Source: an uncultured Acidobacteriota bacterium
Lineage (GTDB): Bacteria > Acidobacteriota > Thermoanaerobaculia > Gp7-AA8
NCBI GenBank assembly: GCA_963822445.1
Contig: CAWGHO010000002.1
Span: 2,240,001-2,304,000 of the forward strand
Direction of reading: 5' to 3'
Length of the DNA: 64,000 nt
Positions 58,458-64,000 of this stretch are shown here, piece after piece (within the stretch, counting starts at the first letter, position 1; every line of letters begins with the position of its first letter). Below the pieces are notes generated by a model. It searched no databases, was not told the origin of the DNA, and worked only from the letters and a program-made list of their open reading frames with translations. The position numbers were made by a program, and so were the translations under genes.

Positions 58458-60659
58458 ATGTCGAAAACGGACACGACGGTCGACAAACTGGTCACGATGA
58501 TCAAGGACGGCGAGCTGCGCCTTCCGGAAATGCAGCGGCGGTACGTGTGGCCTGCGACCCGCGTGCGCGACCTCCTTGATTCGCTTTATCGCGGATACCC
58601 GTCCGGAACCATTCTGGTTTGGGAGACCGAGCAGGAGATGCCGAGCCGCGACCTTGCCATCGAACAGGGCACGAGCCCGTTCAAAGGTCACAAGCTCCTG
58701 CTCGACGGCCAGCAGCGTCTCACGTCGTTATCGGCCATCCTCAGGGGGAAACCGGTGGTCGTGCGCGGTCGCCGGAAGCCGATCGAGATTCTCTTCAATC
58801 TCGATCACCCGGAGAAGCCGGCGGAATGGACCGAGGTCAATGACGAGGCGGAAGACGCGGATGACACGGACGTCGATCTCGAGGAGGAGGAAGGTCCCAA
58901 CATTCAGGAGCGGTTGCGTCAGCGCACATTCGTCGTCGCGAGCAAGCAGATGCAGGCCAATCCGGTGTGGGTGCCGGTGACCAGCCTGTTTCGCGACGAG
59001 GTGACCGACGGGCAGATTCTCAAGCCGCTCGTTGGCTCGTTCGACGACCCGAACTACGAGAAATACACGAAGCGCCTTCAACGCGTGAGAAGGATCCGTG
59101 ACTACCAATACGTCATGCACGTTCTGGATAAGAGCCTTTCGTATGAGGAGGTCGCCGAAATTTTCGTTCGTGTGAATTCGCTCGGCGTGAAGTTGCGCGG
59201 ATCGGACCTCGCACTCGCTCAGATCACGTCGCGTTGGAGAGACTCGCTGAAGCTCTTCGAGGAGTTCCAAGAGGAATGTGAGGAGAGCTGGTTCACCCTC
59301 GACCTCGGACTGCTCGTGCGCGCGCTCGTGGTATTCGCCACCAATCAGAGCCGGTTCAATTCCGTATCGACGATCCCCGTCGAGCAGCTGAAGAAGGGGT
59401 GGGAGAAGGCCAAATCGGGCATTCGATTCGCGGTCAACTTCCTGCGGGCCAACGCCGGTGTCGAAGATGAGAGTCTTCTTTCCTCCCCGCTGTTCATCAT
59501 CACGATCGGGTACTACGCGCTTCAAACCGAAATGCGGCTGGCGCCGGGCGATGTCTCGGCTCTCAAACGCTGGCTATATCTCGGCAACGTATTCGGGCAT
59601 TACAGCGGGTCGTCGGAGACGACGCTCGACGGCGACCTGAATCTGATCAGCCGCGGCGGTGGCCCGATGGCGTTGCTCGACACGCTGAAACAACAGGTCG
59701 GCCGCTTCGAGGTTCACCCAGGTGATCTGGCCGGTCGTGGTCAGAGAAGCGCGCTGTTCTCACTCGCGTACCTCGCCCTGAAAGCAAGAGGCGCAAGAGA
59801 CTGGCACACGCATCTCGGGCTCTCTCTTACCCACCAGGGCCGGTTTCACTTCATCGAGCACCATCACATCTTTCCCAAGGCCATTCTCAAGAAGCACGGA
59901 GCATCGAAGTCGGACACGAACGAAATTGCGAACATGGCCTTCGTCTCCGGCGGCACGAACCGGAACCTCTGGACCCGGCCGCCCGAGCACACTCTCGCCG
60001 AACTACAGCGAACACAGGGTGCGGAGGCCTTCGCCGCTCACTGTCTGCCCTTGGACGAATCGCTGTGGAAGGTCGAAAACTACTCGTCCTTCCTCGAGTA
60101 CCGCCGAGCGCAGCTGGCGAAAGCCATCAACGAGTTCATCGCCAGCGATGGTGGCGGCACCAGCACGGTCGATCTCGAGTCGCTCATCGCCGGCGGCGAG
60201 AATGATCGCGTCGAGTTCAAGGCGTCGCTACGATGGGATTTTCGCGAAGGCCAGGTGAACAAGGGTCGCGAGCTCGACGTCGCAAAGGCGATTGCGGCGT
60301 TTCTCAATTCGGAAGGTGGAACGCTTCTGATCGGCGTTCAGGACGACGGGGAGATCGTCGGCCTGGAGCGCGATTACAAAACTCTCGGCAAGAGGCCCGA
60401 TCGCGACGGATATCAACAGGCTCTCGTCAATGTGATCTCCACAGCCTTGGGGAAGGCCGCGTGTGCAACATTGCGCATCTCCGTGCAGCCAATCGGCGGT
60501 AGAGAGATTTGTGTCGTCCATGCGGCGCCGTCGACGAGCCCGGTCTACCTAACCGAAGGCGGGCAGTCGAAGTTTTTCGTGCGGACAGGCAATACCAGTC
60601 AGGACCTCGGGACTCGCGACGCTGTTGCGTACATCGCTCAGCATTGGCGAGCCTGGTGA
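58458..60659 (+). CDS. GmrSD-like DUF262 + HNH (DUF1524-like) fused to Schlafen AlbA_2 domain
   Basis: LPEMQRRYVW, DSLYRGYPSG, LLDGQQRLTSL, IFVRVNS; EHHHIFPK..IANMAFVS..TN; GENDRVEFK..AAFLNSEGGTLLIGVQDDG. Confidence 0.88.
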   Translation: MSKTDTTVDKLVTMIKDGELRLPEMQRRYVWPATRVRDLLDSLYRGYPSGTILVWETEQEMPSRDLAIEQGTSPFKGHKLLLDGQQRLTSLSAILRGKPVVVRGRRKPIEILFNLDHPEKPAEWTEVNDEAEDADDTDVDLEEEEGPNIQERLRQRTFVVASKQMQANPVWVPVTSLFRDEVTDGQILKPLVGSFDDPNYEKYTKRLQRVRRIRDYQYVMHVLDKSLSYEEVAEIFVRVNSLGVKLRGSDLALAQITSRWRDSLKLFEEFQEECEESWFTLDLGLLVRALVVFATNQSRFNSVSTIPVEQLKKGWEKAKSGIRFAVNFLRANAGVEDESLLSSPLFIITIGYYALQTEMRLAPGDVSALKRWLYLGNVFGHYSGSSETTLDGDLNLISRGGGPMALLDTLKQQVGRFEVHPGDLAGRGQRSALFSLAYLALKARGARDWHTHLGLSLTHQGRFHFIEHHHIFPKAILKKHGASKSDTNEIANMAFVSGGTNRNLWTRPPEHTLAELQRTQGAEAFAAHCLPLDESLWKVENYSSFLEYRRAQLAKAINEFIASDGGGTSTVDLESLIAGGENDRVEFKASLRWDFREGQVNKGRELDVAKAIAAFLNSEGGTLLIGVQDDGEIVGLERDYKTLGKRPDRDGYQQALVNVISTALGKAACATLRISVQPIGGREICVVHAAPSTSPVYLTEGGQSKFFVRTGNTSQDLGTRDAVAYIAQHWRAW

Positions 60660-60688
60660 ATGCCGCCCCGAGTGGCAGAATCACGGGC

Positions 60689-62062
60689 ATGACCACCGGC
60701 CGCAACGACCCGTGCCCGTGCGGCAGCGGACGGAAATACAAGAAGTGCCATCTGGCCGCGGACAGCGCGCCGCGCGAAGCCGCACGGCTCGACACTCCCT
60801 CCTCCCTGCACGCGCTCGACAACCGGATCGTCCAGGACATCGTCGATTTCATGGCCCGCCGATTCCCGAACGAGCTCGACGACGAAACGGAGATTCTCGA
60901 ATCGCACCCGTTGATGGACATACAGTTCGCCGGGCACTGGCTCGCCTGGATCGCGCACTTCGAGGGGCGACCGGCGGTGGAGTGGTATCTGGAGAATGCC
61001 GGCTGGTCGCTTTCGCGTGGTGCCACGGAATGGATCGCCGCGCAACGCGAGGCATGGCTCTCGATCTGGCAGGTCGTGGAGGTCGAGCGAGGGCAGTCGC
61101 TGGTTCTACGCGATCTCCTCACCGGCGAGCAGCGCACGGTGCACGAGATCGAGGGGTCACGAGCCATCGACGTGAACCTCCTGCTGCTTTGTCGCATCGT
61201 CGACCACGCCGGCGTGTCGACGATGTGCGGCGTCCATCCGCAACCTCTCCGACCGGGGCAGGGACTCATGGTCATCGAACGAATGAAAAAGGCGCTGCGA
61301 AGAAAAACGGCCGTTCCACCGGAGCGGCTTCGCGAGCTCCGGATCGCTCGAAGGCTGCTGGAGGAATGGTCGACGGCGATCGATTCGCTGAGCATCCCGC
61401 CCACGCTCGTCAACAACGACGGCGATCCGATTCTGCAGACCAGCGATCGATGGAGGATCGATGCCGGTTCGCGCGATGCGATCGCCACCGTCATCGAGTC
61501 GATGGAAGGAAGCGTCGCCGAGGGAAAAGGCGAGTTCGCCATCGTTCGCGAGAGCGATAGCACGATGATCGGCTTCATCCGCCTCGCCGGGTCGGCGATG
61601 GTCCTCGAAACGAACTCGATCGCCCGAGCGGATCTGTTGAGAGATCGTGTCGAGACAGCCTGCGCGGGTCTGCTCGGCCCACATGTCCGATCGCATTCCG
61701 ATCCGACGGCGCGGTTCCAGGAAGCCGACTCCACGGAAACCGACGACTCCATGTTGCCACCCGAGCCGGCGGCCACGGCTGAGGAAAACGCGGTCATCCG
61801 CGCGATGAAGGAGCGTCACTACGCCGCCTGGCTCGATGAACCCCTTCCGGCGCTCGACGGGAAGACGCCGCGAGAGACGGCTCGCACTGCAACCGGCCGC
61901 GAACGGGTGAAGTTGCTTCTTCAGGGGATCGAGGACATCGAGCGCGACGTCGAAGAGGAGGCGCGGTTCGACGTGAGCCGGCTCTGGCGTGAACTGGAGC
62001 TGAAGCGAAAGGTGTCCGAAAGCGAACACACCGTTCGAAAGCGAACACCTGGCGACTCGTAA
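60689..62062 (+). CDS. SEC-C motif protein with C-terminal Xre/MbcA/ParS-like domain
   Basis: GRNDPCPCGSGRKYKKCH; C-terminal WLDEPLPALDGKTPRE. Confidence 0.8.
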   Translation: MTTGRNDPCPCGSGRKYKKCHLAADSAPREAARLDTPSSLHALDNRIVQDIVDFMARRFPNELDDETEILESHPLMDIQFAGHWLAWIAHFEGRPAVEWYLENAGWSLSRGATEWIAAQREAWLSIWQVVEVERGQSLVLRDLLTGEQRTVHEIEGSRAIDVNLLLLCRIVDHAGVSTMCGVHPQPLRPGQGLMVIERMKKALRRKTAVPPERLRELRIARRLLEEWSTAIDSLSIPPTLVNNDGDPILQTSDRWRIDAGSRDAIATVIESMEGSVAEGKGEFAIVRESDSTMIGFIRLAGSAMVLETNSIARADLLRDRVETACAGLLGPHVRSHSDPTARFQEADSTETDDSMLPPEPAATAEENAVIRAMKERHYAAWLDEPLPALDGKTPRETARTATGRERVKLLLQGIEDIERDVEEEARFDVSRLWRELELKRKVSESEHTVRKRTPGDS

Positions 62063-62103
62063 GTCATTGATTTCATTAGCGCTATAGGTGGTACGCCGTT
62101 CGC
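62013..62103 (+). promoter_or_regulatory. Sigma54-type promoter: tandem activator sites, IHF site, -24/-12 box
   Basis: TGTCCGAAAGCGAACA (62013) and CGTTCGAAAGCGAACA (62032); AATCAATGACTTA on minus strand (62060-62072) fits WATCAAN4TTR; TGGTACG-N4-TCGC (62089-62103) has GG-N10-GC spacing. Confidence 0.7.
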
Positions 62104-62118
62104 GATAGGGGACGGCGT

Positions 62119-63360
62119 ATGGACCGAGAAATCGCACCGGAAGTCAGAAAGCGGCGGGTCACGAAGCGCATCGTGGCCGCGATCGTGGGAGTGGCCGCGC
62201 TCGCATTTTTCTTCGCCGCGTCGATGCACTGGTTGCGACCGTCGATCGATCGCCGCGACGTGCGCATCGCCAAAGTGGAGCGCGGGCCGGTCGAGGCCAG
62301 CATCCAGGCCAACGGCACGATCATCCCCCTCGTCGAGCGCGTCGTATCCAGCCCTGTCGAAGCGCGCGTGCTGCGCGTCGGCCGCCGGGCCGGCGATCGC
62401 GTGAAAGCAGGCGACGAGCTGATCGCGCTCGACACCGCCGCGTCGCGCCTCGATGCCGCGCGCCTCTCCGAGCGCGTCGCGCAGAAGCAGAACGAATCGG
62501 CGCAGCTCCGGCTGAAGCTCGAGGAATCGCTGGCGTCGCTGCGCGCGCAGATCGAAGCGAAGAAGCTCGACTCGGAGATCCTCCACTTCACTGCCGAACA
62601 GAAAGCGACGCTCCGCAAGGAAGGCTTGCTCAACGAGCAGGAATCGCGTGTCGCCGCCACCGCCGCGAAGAAAAGCGACATCGAAGTCCGCCAGCTGCAG
62701 GAAGCGCTGCTTCGTCAACAGCGCTCGAACGCGGCGCAGATCGCGGCCGCCGATCGCGATCTCAGCATCGCCCGCCGCGAAGAGGAAGAGTCGAAGCGTC
62801 AGCTCGAGCTGGCCATGATGCGTGCGGACGGCGACGGCATCCTGACCTGGATGGTGTCCGAGGCCGGGGCGACTGTGCGGCGGGGCGACGTCCTTGCGCG
62901 CATCGCCGATCTCTCGTCCTACCGCGTCGTCGCGACCATCTCCGACATTCACGCCGCGCGGCTCGCCGCGGGGATGCGCGCGCGGGTAAAGCTCGACGAC
63001 GTCGTCATCAACGGCACGATCGAGAGCGTCGATCCGCGCATCGAGAGCGGCGTCGTTCGCTTCTACGTCACGCTCGACGAGCCGGCCCATGCGCGGCTGC
63101 GCAACAACCTGCGCGCTGACGTCTTCGTCATCAGCGGCAGCAAGCGCGACGCGCTGGTCGTGCGCCGAGGCACGCTGGGCCGCATCGATCCGAATCACGC
63201 CTTCGTCGTTCGCGGCGAGACGGCCGTCCGCCTGCCGATCCGCTTCGGCCTGGCCGGCGACGAGACCATCGAGATCCTCGATGGCGCGAACGAAGGCGAC
63301 GAGATGGTCATCTCCGACATGAGTGAGTACCGGGACATCAAAGAACTTCGATTGAAGTGA
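62119..63360 (+). CDS. Efflux periplasmic adaptor (HlyD/MacA-like)
   Basis: N-terminal TM, VERGPVEASIQANG, lipoyl half-motifs, long coiled coil. Confidence 0.88.
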   Translation: MDREIAPEVRKRRVTKRIVAAIVGVAALAFFFAASMHWLRPSIDRRDVRIAKVERGPVEASIQANGTIIPLVERVVSSPVEARVLRVGRRAGDRVKAGDELIALDTAASRLDAARLSERVAQKQNESAQLRLKLEESLASLRAQIEAKKLDSEILHFTAEQKATLRKEGLLNEQESRVAATAAKKSDIEVRQLQEALLRQQRSNAAQIAAADRDLSIARREEEESKRQLELAMMRADGDGILTWMVSEAGATVRRGDVLARIADLSSYRVVATISDIHAARLAAGMRARVKLDDVVINGTIESVDPRIESGVVRFYVTLDEPAHARLRNNLRADVFVISGSKRDALVVRRGTLGRIDPNHAFVVRGETAVRLPIRFGLAGDETIEILDGANEGDEMVISDMSEYRDIKELRLK

Positions 63361-63377
63361 ATCAAGGGAGGAAGCAA

Positions 63378-64000
63378 ATGATCCGCATTCAGAACGTAGA
63401 CAAGGTTTACCGCACCGATCGCGTGGAGACGCTCGCGCTTCAGAACATCAATCTCGACGTCGCGCCGGGAGAGTTCGTCTCGATGATGGGACCGTCCGGC
63501 TGCGGCAAGAGCACGCTGCTGAACCTGATCGGCCTGCTCGACGCGCCGACCGGCGGCGACCTCGCGCTCGACGGCAAGAAGGTCGAGAAGTGGGGCGACA
63601 AGAAGACCGCGGCCTTCCGCAACGAGACCCTCGGCTTCGTCTTCCAGAGCTTCCATCTCGTCCCCGATCTCAAGGTGATCGACAACGTCGAGATCCCGCT
63701 GCTGTACCGCAAGATGTCGAGCGCCGAGCGCCGCAAGCTGGCCAAGGACGCGCTCGATCGCGTCGGCCTCTCGTCGCGCATGAATCACTTCCCGACGCAG
63801 CTCTCCGGCGGCCAGCAGCAGCGCGTCGCGATAGCCCGCGCGATCGTCGGCAAGCCGCGCATTCTGCTCGCCGACGAACCGACCGGAAATCTCGACTCGA
63901 CCACCGGCGACGAGATCATGGACATCCTCCACGACCTGAACAAGAAGGACGGCACCACGATCGTGATGGTCACGCACGACGACCGCTTCGCGCGGCGCAC
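63378..64000 (+). CDS. ABC transporter ATP-binding protein (MacB/LolD type), 3'-partial
   Basis: Own translation (absent from ORF track): MIRIQNVDKVY, GPSGCGKST, LSGGQQQRVAIARA, LADEPTGNLD, MVTHD. Confidence 0.93.
   Translation, partial: MIRIQNVDKVYRTDRVETLALQNINLDVAPGEFVSMMGPSGCGKSTLLNLIGLLDAPTGGDLALDGKKVEKWGDKKTAAFRNETLGFVFQSFHLVPDLKVIDNVEIPLLYRKMSSAERRKLAKDALDRVGLSSRMNHFPTQLSGGQQQRVAIARAIVGKPRILLADEPTGNLDSTTGDEIMDILHDLNKKDGTTIVMVTHDDRFARR

Overview
GC-rich bacterial chromosome segment. Gene content and a lineage-typical secreted protein suggest Acidobacteriota (Thermoanaerobaculia-like); this is inference. Several genes carry single-base frameshifts that look like assembly errors. Main blocks: (1) 1-8.6 kb purine catabolism (allB, alc-uraD fusion, uraH, DUF6986-like lyase, cytochrome-less puuD, xdhAB); (2) fabH, HTH/DUF2975, ABC exporter, Uma2, malQ and GH57; (3) a stressosome rsbRST(X) operon with a hybrid kinase; (4) a c-di-GMP-I riboswitch ahead of a lytic transglycosylase; (5) a cytoplasmic subtilase followed by a free-standing copy of its own propeptide; (6) a dispersed reductive pyrimidine catabolism pathway (nitrilase-type ureidopropionase, hydA, aminotransferase, ferredoxin-less preA, NCS1, mmsA) interrupted by a kinase-FGE-hydrolase, a chorismatase, a TonB-C protein and a tyrosinase; (7) a secreted Cry-domain-I-like/triple-repeat candidate toxin; (8) an ECF-FecR-TonB receptor unit; (9) a DUF262-HNH-Schlafen(AlbA_2) fusion next to a SEC-C/antitoxin-like protein; (10) a sigma54-type promoter ahead of an efflux operon. 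Several families of palindromic repeats are present, one of them inside a coding sequence. No tRNA, rRNA, CRISPR array or transposase was seen. All family calls are from motif recognition by eye, not from database searches.
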